64,000 nt of DNA, from the IMG/VR virus record IMGVR_UViG_3300034069_000907, positions 4,016 to 68,015 of that record; one strand, given 5' to 3'. The DNA is from a virus. Below, in pieces: positions 29,201 through 37,781 of this stretch. The translations under genes were made by a program, and so were the position numbers. A model generated the notes under the pieces. It worked only from the letters and a program-made list of their open reading frames with translations, did no database searches and had not been told where the DNA came from. How positions within the stretch are numbered: the stretch's first letter is position 1; each line of letters opens with the position of its first letter.

Positions 29201-30116
29201 CGCTCAGATGGGCGTTGATCGTGCCGCAACGGCGGCGATTGAGAGCGCAAGTATCAGCCGCGATGAAGCCCTGAGCAGCCGCATCGAGATCGCCACGGCA
29301 CGAATTGGTGCCAACGAAGCAACAATACAGCAAGAGTCTGAGGCGCGCGTCGCTGGTGATAGTGCGACGGCAAGTCAATTCACGGACGTTCTCGCGCGGA
29401 CCGATGCCGGAACGGCGGCAGGCCGTTTCAGCCTACAGGCAGCGTCGGCGCCTAGTGGGGTGACTGCACGTATTCAGGCACTTCTGGCGACGCAGTACGG
29501 CGGCCAAACTTACGGAGCCGGATACTATCTCGATCTGTTGAACGACGGATCATCGCGGTTCGTCGTTGATGCCAACGCCTTCTACATCACAAGCAACGGT
29601 TCCAGTGTTCCTCTTCTCTCGTTCGATGGATTTACCCTCCGCGTTCCCAATGTGGTTCTAACCGCTGCAAATGTCCCTGTCGGCGTCGCCAATACGCCAG
29701 CGAGATTTGACGCGGCGAACTACACATTGATTGCCGGCGCCGGCCAAGTCTTTCAGGCTATCGACCCCAATATGTCGGCGATAGCCTTTTGCGAGAATGA
29801 TTCATTTCCAACCGTCATCACGCTCAACGGGAAGTTCAGTCTGAACGCTTCGACTACACTCGGCTCAATGAACCTTTTGGTCGATGGAAAGCGTGTCGCT
29901 CCGATTATCGTCTATGGAGACACGAGCGGTGTTCTCGGTTTGTCGGCCACCACCCAATCAAATGGTGGCCAATCATTCAGCTTCAGCGCTACCGCTGTTG
30001 TATTCCTTGGTCCCGGCAACCATCAGATACGCTTTCAATACAACTACAACGGAATTGCAGGCTCAGGTGTAACCATCAACGAGATACACATGGCCGCATT
30101 CACCCCGCGCGCTTAA
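26205..30116 (+). CDS. central tail tip / host-specificity protein (gpJ-like, with N-terminal gpI-like part)
   Basis: GETIPRVYGR, RKAVWAFCDVLRNADYGAG, FVRDEP motifs; coiled coil and DUF1983-like C-terminal region. Confidence 0.88.
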   Translation: MPNVVQVNAGGQEIAAPITLDQTGLRLPQVISRHVDRSRPFMVAIRRRQDIDTPLDELWVVPGWKVEPVRDEAGKILVQGKVKPWPRRYLPKDCSVVIVYLPLGGGGAAGGGSRSKSPLAVVAGIAGLALAAFAGPLAGLLAPTLSGVLGVGTGVATFIAQGAFVIGGTALLAFSSKSRATKNATDTRELYGISGGGNLPKPGETIPRVYGRVWIKPDLSQPDFSKYDGDEQALYKRMTLSVGQARVYQIRAGKQVMWTLEGGWVPPFNDGRNRVEFLYGTPSSLVPSNVISATGVGGTLPRRTENPSIAGPFPINQRGALISKIEISFQFPNGISRQTTLKSGTVLSNQPAAWAVLFQYAPINESGAIIGPWLVLYNGNSGAEGARFGTKPMRYTKSIDVPPGRYAVQGFNVQPDTSDASGPGDRIVDAAQWDSAVGYVADVAVRPGITECAMALYAGKGNQAAAFGEIELDVAAIIPTWTGSQWVDVETRKAVWAFCDVLRNADYGAGMSEESMLGARDLAAFYANAITEFDTFDDVIRGPVSVYEAGATVLLPFRAEPVYLGRYWSFVRDEPRAVRRHIIHPHQISASSTKESYDLDTESGKHHVIGEFNQDGDYRTPNQTQAIYGEASRTPVRQRWTGVSNYDHAQHLTRWRAAVGAFRNLSKDFGVELEGRIYKRGDSISVPTWFLEETKAAQVVDAYGYRVMLDWAVPLAANDQIVFRDRTGREWGPVGIVGMGSVAEEIVLSAADVDRMEMQTGLSFSEVLSDGDTEMTSVSVGQVSYLSENYLVKSVSMTDEDRATVSVVYDAPEVFQQIGAPIVIPPDGAAGLSDPLVPKILAFTATRVQVAAGYICQYAITAGRGCVSFDVQVSYDNGNHFEDVQENASAATGSFVLNPVDPITIVLRARPYGSTGLPGLYFYTELPLPQSALGVSLPPIDYDDFVDDVKARIAKGIQALDKAIEATLQGQINAAAIIDEQSTRQEGDRLVAERVTGVVAQMGVDRAATAAIESASISRDEALSSRIEIATARIGANEATIQQESEARVAGDSATASQFTDVLARTDAGTAAGRFSLQAASAPSGVTARIQALLATQYGGQTYGAGYYLDLLNDGSSRFVVDANAFYITSNGSSVPLLSFDGFTLRVPNVVLTAANVPVGVANTPARFDAANYTLIAGAGQVFQAIDPNMSAIAFCENDSFPTVITLNGKFSLNASTTLGSMNLLVDGKRVAPIIVYGDTSGVLGLSATTQSNGGQSFSFSATAVVFLGPGNHQIRFQYNYNGIAGSGVTINEIHMAAFTPRA

Positions 30117-30130
30117 GAATTGGAAGAGCG

Positions 30131-30430
30131 ATGATTACTGTAAAAGTCACTTCGGAAAAGAACCTTCAGTCGGTGGAAGAGATCGCCGTATTTTTGGAGG
30201 AGGGCTACGCTGATCTCATGAAGCGATCGGCGTTCCAGCCCGGCTCTGTGGTGTCGATCATGAACCGTGCTGGGTTGCCCCCTGACATCGGTGTCGGTGA
30301 CATCGCAGTGGTGCTCTTCTCGGATCCTGCTCCAGCACCGTTCACGCATGTGCGCCTTCTGCACGCGAACGGCTCCACCATGACGTTGCAGATGCAAACA
30401 TCCAGCCTCGGGGAGCGGCCCTCGTCATGA
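30131..30430 (+). CDS. hypothetical protein (99 aa)
   Basis: GGAAGAG SD; ATGA coupling to next ORF. Confidence 0.6.
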   Translation: MITVKVTSEKNLQSVEEIAVFLEEGYADLMKRSAFQPGSVVSIMNRAGLPPDIGVGDIAVVLFSDPAPAPFTHVRLLHANGSTMTLQMQTSSLGERPSS

Positions 30431-30672
30431 GCCGTGAACAAGCGTCTCCCCAAGCGGATGGTATTACCATCGCAGACATGAACGGCCGCATCGAGGAGTT
30501 AGAGCGCCAGCGCAACGAAGCTTTCTCTCGCTGCGCTCACCTAGCCGGCGCCAATGCACTCGCGCGCAAAACCCTACTAGAAGCACTGGCCGAGATTGAG
30601 CGCCTGAACGGTTTAATCCCGCAGGCCGCCGCGCTCGCTCAACCTGATCGAGCCTCGGCGTCTCTCGATTGA
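30427..30672 (+). CDS. hypothetical coiled-coil protein (81 aa)
   Basis: Coupled ORF with heptad pattern. Confidence 0.55.
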   Translation: MSREQASPQADGITIADMNGRIEELERQRNEAFSRCAHLAGANALARKTLLEALAEIERLNGLIPQAAALAQPDRASASLD

Positions 30673-30793
30673 GCAAGCCTGCCGCCCCACGCGGCTCCTG
30701 AACTTCCCATTCACTCATCGCCGTGCCAACGCGCCGGGCCGCTTCTTACGGCCCGTCGCGTCCGTTCGGCTGCCTCATACGAAAGAGCCCAAC

Positions 30794-33289
30794 ATGGCCG
30801 CCCTGCCACAATTCCTGATCTCGACGCAAACTGACCCTTATTGGGAAATTCCGTTCTTCGATGCGAACGGCAATCCACTGTCGGTCGAGGGGCGCGTCTT
30901 CGAAGCCTGGATCGCGCCGTCCACCTCAAAGACCGGGGTGGGCGAGCCGGTTGCTCCGATCAAGGTGCTGACGTTCCAGGATGGATTGTCGTTGGTGGCG
31001 CCGACCGACGGTAGCGGTGATCAGACCGTCAAGAACACCTTCGTGCATCAGGTGTCGCGTGCCTTCGCGCAAGCCAATTTCCCACGCGGTGAACTGACCG
31101 CCGATATCCTTGAGGTGGTGGACGGCGCTCGACGCCTCTTGGTACCGGTACGTCTCCGCTACGACGACCCGGCCGCCATTCGTGACTTCGTTGCGGATCG
31201 GGCAGGCGTAACGTTTGGGGCCGGCCGGCAACCAATTGTTACGCCTGTGGCTGTCGCTGGACAGGCGGGTAGGCGGGGCACTGGCATCCTGACTGGCGCG
31301 CTGCCGCCGCAGCCGTCGGACGGCGAGGATGGAGATTATTGGATCGTTGATCGTTCGGCGAACGGGCAGTCAAACGTTATCTACGGACCTAAGGAAGACG
31401 GTGAGTGGCCGGCTCAGCCATCCTCAGCACTTGGTGTCGGCGGTGTAGCTGACGTGCCAGGCCTTCCCAGCGTCCTTGGTGACAAGGCCGATCTCGATGG
31501 AATCAACGCGCCCGGCACGATGGCCGCGTTCCTGGCATCCACGCTGCCGGCACTCCAGCGTGTGATCCAGATCGGAGGCTACTTCACTCCGGGCGGCGGT
31601 GGTGCGCATCTGCGCATCCGTATCGCTGCCCCGCCCGCACCCAAGCCTTGGCAGTGCCAGATCGCGGATGGCTCCTGGTGGGAGATCTCCGGGGACGATA
31701 TCGACGTGCGGGCCCTCGGTGCCGTCGGCGGCGCCAAGGACATCCCCGTCTCACTGCTGCCGAACGATTACGTTGCCCTGCAGGCCGCGCTCGACTTCAT
31801 CGGCATCACCGGCGGCCGGATTAATGTGCCGGGCCACCTTCAGTTCCGAACCGACTCGCAGCTCTTCGCCCGGATCAATCGCCAACTTCCGCCCGCTGCA
31901 ACTGGGGTCGACATTCACTTCTCGCCTAACTCGCGGATGGATCTGGTATCGACCGGCGGAGGCGTCATCGTTGCTGGTAAGGCGATGAAGAGCCTGCTGA
32001 CCGTTCAATTCAATTCGGATTTCGGGAATATTGGTCCCTTCAAGTCGAAGGTTGAAGGCTTCGAGCTACGCGGCAATCAAATGGCGCAGTTCGGCATCAC
32101 GTCCGACTACACCATGCACATGGCCATCGACCGGAACTGCCTGGATGGGTTCACGGCAAGCTGCATCAACTGGACGGGCTACGGCGTCGCGCGCATCACG
32201 CGCAACATCCTTCGGGGCTACTGTGGAATCCGCTTCCAGGGCGGCGGCGGCGACAGCATCATCGCCTGGAACGATTACTTTCCAACCGCGAACGGCAAAT
32301 GCGTTTGGGTCGGAGCCCTCGGTGGCAACCTTCTGATCGACGGCGGCACTTACAACGGCGAGGGCCAAGTCGGCTCTATCGGCGTCGACATCTCGGTTGG
32401 CGGGCCTGGCGCAGACGAGATCAGGCACGTGACCGTTGCCAATGCAGAGTTCTCCGGCATGCTGTACGGTGTCCGAGCGATCAAGTCGGCCACGGCACGG
32501 AACATCTATGCGCTGACCGTCACCGGCTGCCACACCATTCCGGCCGCGGGTGGCGCGGTCAATACCGGTGTGCTGGCACATCTGACCGGAATCGATACGG
32601 CGCTGGTTCATCACAACATCTGCAATGGCATCCGCGGATCGGCTGCAAGCGAAAGCGCAATCCTGGCCTTTGACTGCGACGACCTTCACATCAGCCATAA
32701 CGTGATCGGGAACTACAGCAAACCTGCTGCCTATTTTTCAAACGTGAGGAACTCGACCTTCACTCACAACAAGATTCGGGACGTTGGCCAGTCCGGGGCA
32801 GGCGGGGTCATCATCGACATCGATGGCGGCACGAACTCGACCCAGTTCAACGACAACACCATCATTCAGACGAGCGATACTTTCGCTCAAAACGGTCTGT
32901 ACGAACGGGCAGGAGCGACGGCAAACGAGGGCCTGCGCAACAAGTGGCAGGGCGTAGCGGTCACAGGTGTCGTTGCGCCCGGGTCCTCGAGCGTCTTTCG
33001 CCGGTTCAGCGGCCCGTTCAGTGAAGGGACAGCCTTTCAGAACGCTACGACTGCGAGTGCGAGCGGTGGTCGAAACCTCTCAGTTGTTCGCGCTTCCGTC
33101 GGTCGATGCAATGTAATATTTTTTTCTCCGCACCCGGATGCGAACTACACTGCCAAGGTAGTTGGCGTAGGTTGCAAGGTTGAGGTCGAAAGCAAGACGG
33201 CAAACGGTTTCACCGTCCTCATGCTGGATCTTGGAAACAACCCTCTAGACGCCGCCTTCGATGTCGAAGTTACGTCAAGGGCCGCCTAA
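30794..33289 (+). CDS. tail spike with right-handed beta-helix (putative polysaccharide depolymerase)
   Basis: N-terminal adaptor; GTGILTG..P....GEDGDYW...YGPK motif; IDVRALGAVG...DYVALQAA entry to a pectate-lyase-like beta-helix; C-terminal small beta domain. Confidence 0.82.
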   Translation: MAALPQFLISTQTDPYWEIPFFDANGNPLSVEGRVFEAWIAPSTSKTGVGEPVAPIKVLTFQDGLSLVAPTDGSGDQTVKNTFVHQVSRAFAQANFPRGELTADILEVVDGARRLLVPVRLRYDDPAAIRDFVADRAGVTFGAGRQPIVTPVAVAGQAGRRGTGILTGALPPQPSDGEDGDYWIVDRSANGQSNVIYGPKEDGEWPAQPSSALGVGGVADVPGLPSVLGDKADLDGINAPGTMAAFLASTLPALQRVIQIGGYFTPGGGGAHLRIRIAAPPAPKPWQCQIADGSWWEISGDDIDVRALGAVGGAKDIPVSLLPNDYVALQAALDFIGITGGRINVPGHLQFRTDSQLFARINRQLPPAATGVDIHFSPNSRMDLVSTGGGVIVAGKAMKSLLTVQFNSDFGNIGPFKSKVEGFELRGNQMAQFGITSDYTMHMAIDRNCLDGFTASCINWTGYGVARITRNILRGYCGIRFQGGGGDSIIAWNDYFPTANGKCVWVGALGGNLLIDGGTYNGEGQVGSIGVDISVGGPGADEIRHVTVANAEFSGMLYGVRAIKSATARNIYALTVTGCHTIPAAGGAVNTGVLAHLTGIDTALVHHNICNGIRGSAASESAILAFDCDDLHISHNVIGNYSKPAAYFSNVRNSTFTHNKIRDVGQSGAGGVIIDIDGGTNSTQFNDNTIIQTSDTFAQNGLYERAGATANEGLRNKWQGVAVTGVVAPGSSSVFRRFSGPFSEGTAFQNATTASASGGRNLSVVRASVGRCNVIFFSPHPDANYTAKVVGVGCKVEVESKTANGFTVLMLDLGNNPLDAAFDVEVTSRAA

Positions 33290-33394
33290 TGCCCTACGCA
33301 ATCTACGTGGCCGTGACGATTGAGCTGATCCCGTCGCTTGTCTGCGCCCGGCCGGCGCGGCACCGCTGAAACTTCCTCATTCTGGAGACTACCT

Positions 33395-34324
33395 ATGACT
33401 GCTGCGCTGAATACCGCGGCGTTCTTCTCCTCTGTCCGACTGAACCCCTTCCCGGGTCATCTCACAACCGGGCAGGTTACAGGTATGCAAGCGATGCTCG
33501 ATGCCGCACCGCCTGACATCGATCTCGACTCTCTGGCGTACTGCTTCGCCACGACTCCCATCGAGACCGGCTGGACCATGCTCCCGGCGCTGGAGAACCT
33601 GAATTACACCACTGCCGCCAACATCCGCAGGACGTGGCCCACAAGGTTCGCCAGCGAGGCCGCAGCGGCGCCCTTCGTCCGTAACCCGAAGGCCCTGGCG
33701 ATCAAGGTCTACGGCGGCCGCATGGGCAACGCGCCCGCCCCGTCGGAGGATGGCTGGATCTACCGCGGCGCCGGCCTTGTGCAGAGCACGGGCGAGGAGA
33801 ACGCCATCCGCGCCACCAAGCGCCTGCGCGAGCTCGGCTACCTCACGAAGGATCAGAGCTTCGTCACCAACCCGGAGCTCTATCTCGTGCCGATCCTGGC
33901 GGCCGCCGTCATGTTCATCGGCATGGAAGAGGGTTGGTTCACCGGCAAGAAGCTGTCCGACTTCTTCCGCGCCGGCAGGGCGGACGCCGTCGGGGCCCGG
34001 GCCATCATCAACGGCAACAACAAGGCCGCCGAGTTCGCGCTCCACTGGAAGGGCTTCAAAACGGCTCTCGAGAAGGCGGGGTACAAGCCGGGCGCGGTGG
34101 TTTCCAAAATCCCCGTCCCGCCCGTAATTGTAAATCCGATTTCGGAAAATCCAAAAATGCCTGAAATTAAATCAAATGGCGAGGTGCCGGTGTCGAAACC
34201 CGAAACCTTGCCTGCGCCAAAGCCGGTTGTCGTGCCGGCCGACAAGCCGCTGACCCCGCCCAAGGCGGAGCCGCCCAAGACCCTCGCGGAGGCCATCCGC
34301 CGCCGCATCTTCGGAGTGTCGTAG
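33395..34324 (+). CDS. endolysin, glycoside hydrolase family 19, with Pro/Lys-rich C-tail
   Basis: ATG 33395 after GGAG; ATTPIETG, ENLNY, YGGRMGN, DGWIYRGAGLVQSTG, ARAIING motifs. Confidence 0.88.
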   Translation: MTAALNTAAFFSSVRLNPFPGHLTTGQVTGMQAMLDAAPPDIDLDSLAYCFATTPIETGWTMLPALENLNYTTAANIRRTWPTRFASEAAAAPFVRNPKALAIKVYGGRMGNAPAPSEDGWIYRGAGLVQSTGEENAIRATKRLRELGYLTKDQSFVTNPELYLVPILAAAVMFIGMEEGWFTGKKLSDFFRAGRADAVGARAIINGNNKAAEFALHWKGFKTALEKAGYKPGAVVSKIPVPPVIVNPISENPKMPEIKSNGEVPVSKPETLPAPKPVVVPADKPLTPPKAEPPKTLAEAIRRRIFGVS

Positions 34325-34326
34325 CC

Positions 34327-34908
34327 ATGTTGCCCATCCTCCTTCCCATCCTCAGCCTTGCCGTCCAGCACGCGCCTGCGCTCATCGGCCTCCTGGCCGG
34401 CGACCAGGTGGGCAAGGTCGCTGAAAAAGTCGTCGCCACCGCGAAGGACGTGCTCGGCACCGCCGATCCTGTGCAGGCTCAGGCGAAGCTGGATGCGAAC
34501 CCGGATCTCGCGGCCACGTTCGCGGCCCGGCTCAACGCCGACGTGGAGACCCTGCGCGTCGAGCTCGCCGATGTGGCGAACGCCCGCGCCATGGGCCTCG
34601 GCCTGGTGCAGGCCCGGCACTGGACCGCCAACATGCCGGCGTTCGTCGTCCTCGGCACCATGGGCGCGTACTTCGGGTTCACCGCCTCGCTGTTCTTCAT
34701 CGGCATGGAGATCCCGGAGCGGATGTTCCAACTCCTGATGATCGCCTACGGCACCCTGTCGACGGCCTTCGGTACCGCCCTGGCGTACTACCTCGGCACC
34801 ACGCGCTCGAGCGCCGCCAAGGATGAGCAGGCCACGGCGAACGCGGCCAGCGTGGCGCACCTGCTGACCGGTGCCGGCAACGTCGTACCGCTGCGCAAGG
34901 CCGCGTAA
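34327..34908 (+). CDS. putative holin (two C-terminal TM helices)
   Basis: Follows endolysin; LADVANARAM motif, TM segments, YYLGTTRSS pattern as in 3TM/GTA-type holins. Confidence 0.65.
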   Translation: MLPILLPILSLAVQHAPALIGLLAGDQVGKVAEKVVATAKDVLGTADPVQAQAKLDANPDLAATFAARLNADVETLRVELADVANARAMGLGLVQARHWTANMPAFVVLGTMGAYFGFTASLFFIGMEIPERMFQLLMIAYGTLSTAFGTALAYYLGTTRSSAAKDEQATANAASVAHLLTGAGNVVPLRKAA

Positions 34909-34911
34909 CCG

Positions 34912-35283
34912 ATGCCTGGGGAGGGCCCGCCCATGCCAGCCGTCGAGATCGCACAGCTTCTCAGGGATTACGGCATGGTCGGGGCCCTCGGCCTGGCCCT
35001 CTTCGTAATCGGCGTCCTGGTGAAGTGGTGGCGCGAGGCGATGAATGCCCGCCTCGAGGACAAGGATAAGATCCAGGAGAGAATGGCCGTCGCTCTCGAG
35101 CGGCAGTCGTCGGTCAACCAAGAGCAGACGGAAGCGATCAAGGAGTTGCGCGACGGCCAGGGCGCGATCCTGAAGACGGTGACAGAGGCGGCCCTCACCG
35201 GTGCAGCGAAAGACGGCACCATCCTCGACAAGATCGGCGAGCTCCGTGGGGCAGTCGATCGCAACACGGGGGCTCGGCCATGA
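34912..35283 (+). CDS. single-TM coiled-coil membrane protein (start may be ATG 34933)
   Basis: GMVGALGLALFVIGVLV TM followed by KWWR and heptads. Confidence 0.7.
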   Translation: MPGEGPPMPAVEIAQLLRDYGMVGALGLALFVIGVLVKWWREAMNARLEDKDKIQERMAVALERQSSVNQEQTEAIKELRDGQGAILKTVTEAALTGAAKDGTILDKIGELRGAVDRNTGARP

Positions 35284-35525
35284 ACCTCACGAGCATCAAG
35301 ACGAGCATCTGCCGGCTCATCTGCCCGCACGCCGCCTGTGAGCCCAACAAGGAGATCGAGGATCGCCTCGATCGCGCCGAGCAACTCCACGAGATCACGA
35401 AGAAGGCGGCATCCACGGAAGCCGCATCGGCCAAGGCCCGGGTGGGCGACATGCGGGTTGTGACCAACTCGGCCGTGAAGCGGCTGAGGCACGACAGAGG
35501 CGAGTTCGGGGAAGTAGAGCAATGA
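35280..35525 (+). CDS. hypothetical protein (81 aa, 3 Cys)
   Basis: ATGA overlaps at both ends. Confidence 0.65.
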   Translation: MNLTSIKTSICRLICPHAACEPNKEIEDRLDRAEQLHEITKKAASTEAASAKARVGDMRVVTNSAVKRLRHDRGEFGEVEQ

Positions 35526-36115
35526 TCCTGTATTCCGACAACCGCCCCGAAACGATCCGCTCGAGGGTTGTCTTCTCGGCGTGCATCCTGGTGTGCGCCA
35601 TCCTGATCCTCGGCGTCGTCGTGCCTGAGGGAGATCTCATCATCGCAACCCGGATCTTCCAGGCATCGACCGCGGCATCCGTCGTGGCCGTCTATTGGCC
35701 GGACGCTCGCTCCGCATGGAAATCGAATTCCCCGGAGGTGGGGGATTACCTGATTGTGGGAATCACGATCGGCTGGTGCGCTACGTTCTGCCAAGCGATG
35801 TTCTCGGTGATCTACCGGCTCGCCGGCGGTCCGCTGTGGTTCGCCAACGCAGACGTGAACAGCCTGTGGATCCTGATGAGCAGCATCTCCGGGTGGCTGC
35901 ACATCATGGCGCCGGGTGGCGTGGACGGGAAGGTGCCGCGGCGGAACAGGATCGGTCTCGGCGTCAGCATCGGATCCGCGGTGGCGAGCACCTGCCTGGT
36001 GCTGTGGAGCCGTCCGGACATCGGGCCCACGCTGGAGATGTTCCGGCCGGCGCTCGAGGACACCGCCATCTGGATCTGGAGCCTCATCCTCAGGGCAGTG
36101 CACGCCGTCCTGTAG
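35522..36115 (+). CDS. multi-pass membrane protein (197 aa)
   Basis: Five to six hydrophobic segments; last gene of the late operon. Confidence 0.75.
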   Translation: MILYSDNRPETIRSRVVFSACILVCAILILGVVVPEGDLIIATRIFQASTAASVVAVYWPDARSAWKSNSPEVGDYLIVGITIGWCATFCQAMFSVIYRLAGGPLWFANADVNSLWILMSSISGWLHIMAPGGVDGKVPRRNRIGLGVSIGSAVASTCLVLWSRPDIGPTLEMFRPALEDTAIWIWSLILRAVHAVL

Positions 36116-36140
36116 ATCCCTGCACATTCCGATCGGCCTC

Positions 36141-36176
36141 AGGCCCCCGCTGGCATCCGCTGGCGGGGGCCTTTCT
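36141..36176 (+). terminator. rho-independent terminator ending the late operon
   Basis: AGGCCCCCGC (36141-36150) / GCGGGGGCCT (36163-36172) followed by TTCT. Confidence 0.7.
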
Positions 36177-36177
36177 C

Positions 36178-36424
36178 GTTACAGCATCAGCTACAGCACG
36201 CCGCTACAGCACACCCATTTCCGCCTACAAAATCGCTTCTGTCCGTCCCATCCATCATCGGTGCAATGCTAAAGCGCCACTCACTGAAATTGCTGGATCT
36301 TTCAGCCTTGCTCGACACTTGCGGCCGTCTCCATGCTGTAGGTTCCCGCGAGATTGGGCGGGTTTGGGGGTAATCCGTTGCGTGCTGTAGCCCGGTGCTG
36401 TAGCTCTCGCCGCCGTGCTGTAGC
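36178..36424. mobile_element. attP-like site with inverted arrays of integrase arm-type repeats
   Basis: Left: GTTACAGCA 36178, GCTACAGCAC 36190 and 36203. Right, inverted: GTGCTGTAGC at 36382, 36395, 36415 plus TGCTGTAG at 36334. Adjacent to the integrase; phage genes on both sides. Confidence 0.8.
36238..36318 (-). pseudogene. dusA: 5' fragment of dusA (tRNA-dihydrouridine synthase A) inside attP
   Basis: Minus strand: GGAG, 10 nt, GTG 36318, reading VSSKAERSSNFSEWRFSIAPMMDGTDR; matches the DusA N-terminal motif RFSVAPMMDWTDR, then loses similarity. Confidence 0.8.
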
Positions 36425-36441
36425 TGCCGGGCGGGAGAATC

Positions 36442-37524
36442 ATGGGCACGATCCTCGAGCGCAAGCGCCGGGACGGGACAACCGGATACCACGCTCAGAT
36501 CTCGGTCCAAAGGGATGGGGTAGCGCACCGGGAGACCAAGACGTTCGATCGGCGCCCCGCTGCCGCGGCCTGGATCAAGAAGCGCGAGAAGGACCTCACG
36601 GCGCCCGGCGCGCTGGAGCGACAACGGGCGAACGATCCGACGCTCGGCGACGCGATCGACCGCTACATCCGCGAGTCCGCCAGGGAGATAGGTCGGACCA
36701 AGGCGCAGGTGCTCCGCAGCATCAAGGCGTTTGAGATCGCGGAGCGGCCGTGCTCGCAGATCGGTAGCGCTGAGATCGTGGCATTCGCGCAGGAGCTCTC
36801 CGAAGGCCGCCAGCCGCAGACAGTCGGCAACTATCTCGCGCACCTCTCATCCATCGTGGCGCTCGCCCGGCCGGCCTGGGGCTACAAGCTCGACACCAAT
36901 GCGATGAAGGATGCGCAGGTGGTGCTCAAGAGGCTGGGCATCACGTCGAAGTCCCGGCAACGCGAGCGCCGGCCGACGATGGCGGAGATGGATCTCCTGA
37001 TGCAGCACTTCGGCGGCGTGCAGCACCGCCGGCCGGCCTCGATCCCGATGCAGCGGATCGTGGCGTTCGCGCTCTTCTCGACGCGCCGGCAGGAGGAGAT
37101 CATCCGCATCACATGGTCGGACCTGGATGAGGCGCACTCGCGCGTCCTGGTGCGCGACATGAAGAACCCGGGGCAGAAAGTCGGCAACGACGTGTGGTGC
37201 GAGCTCCCGCTCGAGGCGCTCGCGATCATCGCCGCCCTGCCCCGATCCGATGCGCGGATCTTCCCCTACAGCACGGATGCGATCTCGGCGGCGTTCACGC
37301 GCGCCTGCGCCTTCCTGGGGATCGAGGATCTTCACTTCCACGACATGCGCCACGAGGGCGTTACGCGGCTCTTCGAGATGGGGCGGACCGTGCCGCTCGC
37401 CGCCTCGGTATCAGGGCATCGGAGTTGGGGTAGCCTTCAGCGCTACACCCACGTTCGGCAGACCGGGGATCGCTGGGCGGGCTGGCCGTGGCTCGAGGTA
37501 GTCACGGCGCCCGCCCTCCCCTAG
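36442..37524 (+). CDS. int: tyrosine integrase, dusA-associated (DAI) type
   Basis: STRRQEEI (Arg), HFHDMRH (HxxR), SGH..W..LQRY (His, Tyr); N-terminal arm-binding domain; dusA fragment adjacent. Confidence 0.93.
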   Translation: MGTILERKRRDGTTGYHAQISVQRDGVAHRETKTFDRRPAAAAWIKKREKDLTAPGALERQRANDPTLGDAIDRYIRESAREIGRTKAQVLRSIKAFEIAERPCSQIGSAEIVAFAQELSEGRQPQTVGNYLAHLSSIVALARPAWGYKLDTNAMKDAQVVLKRLGITSKSRQRERRPTMAEMDLLMQHFGGVQHRRPASIPMQRIVAFALFSTRRQEEIIRITWSDLDEAHSRVLVRDMKNPGQKVGNDVWCELPLEALAIIAALPRSDARIFPYSTDAISAAFTRACAFLGIEDLHFHDMRHEGVTRLFEMGRTVPLAASVSGHRSWGSLQRYTHVRQTGDRWAGWPWLEVVTAPALP

Positions 37525-37781
37525 CTGCGGAGTTGCTCGCACTCCTTCCGGGCCGCCGCGATTCGGCGATCCAGGTACGCGGCGAGATCCGTGAGGGCCA
37601 CGCCCTTCGCGCATTTGTGGCCGTCGTCCATCCGGACTAACGGGAGATCCAGGTCGCCGGCGGAGACCTTCCGCACCAGGTTCTCGGGGCTGAGGTGCGA
37701 GAAGTAATCCTTGCACACGCGATCGATCGGGATCACCGCGGCGCCGCCGTACTGCGCCAGGAGGAGGAATTGCGTGTTCAT
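37521..37781 (-). CDS. PrtN-family (pyocin activator-like) DNA-binding protein, candidate excisionase
   Basis: MNTQFLLLAQY..AVIPIDRVCKDYFSHL...LPLVRM...KGVALTDLAAYLD pattern; convergent with int. Confidence 0.82.
   Translation of the reverse strand: MNTQFLLLAQYGGAAVIPIDRVCKDYFSHLSPENLVRKVSAGDLDLPLVRMDDGHKCAKGVALTDLAAYLDRRIAAARKECEQLRS

Noticed and set aside
26205-33289. Diversity-generating retroelement or invertible tail-fibre switch
   Set aside because: No reverse transcriptase, no TR/VR pair and no serine invertase seen.
7141-33364. GGCGCGGCACC upstream of both capsid (7141) and endolysin (33354) genes as a late regulatory motif
   Set aside because: A GC-rich 11-mer can recur by chance in 64 kb, and the distances to the start codons differ.
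36178-36424. GCTACAGCAC repeats as a mini-CRISPR or shufflon sfx sites
   Set aside because: Only 9-10 bp, spacers 3-10 nt, no cas genes and no invertible cassettes; the geometry fits integrase arm sites around a dusA core.
36187-36843. 218-aa minus-strand ORF as a real gene
   Set aside because: Mostly antisense to the integrase; only the short dusA-like stretch is meaningful.
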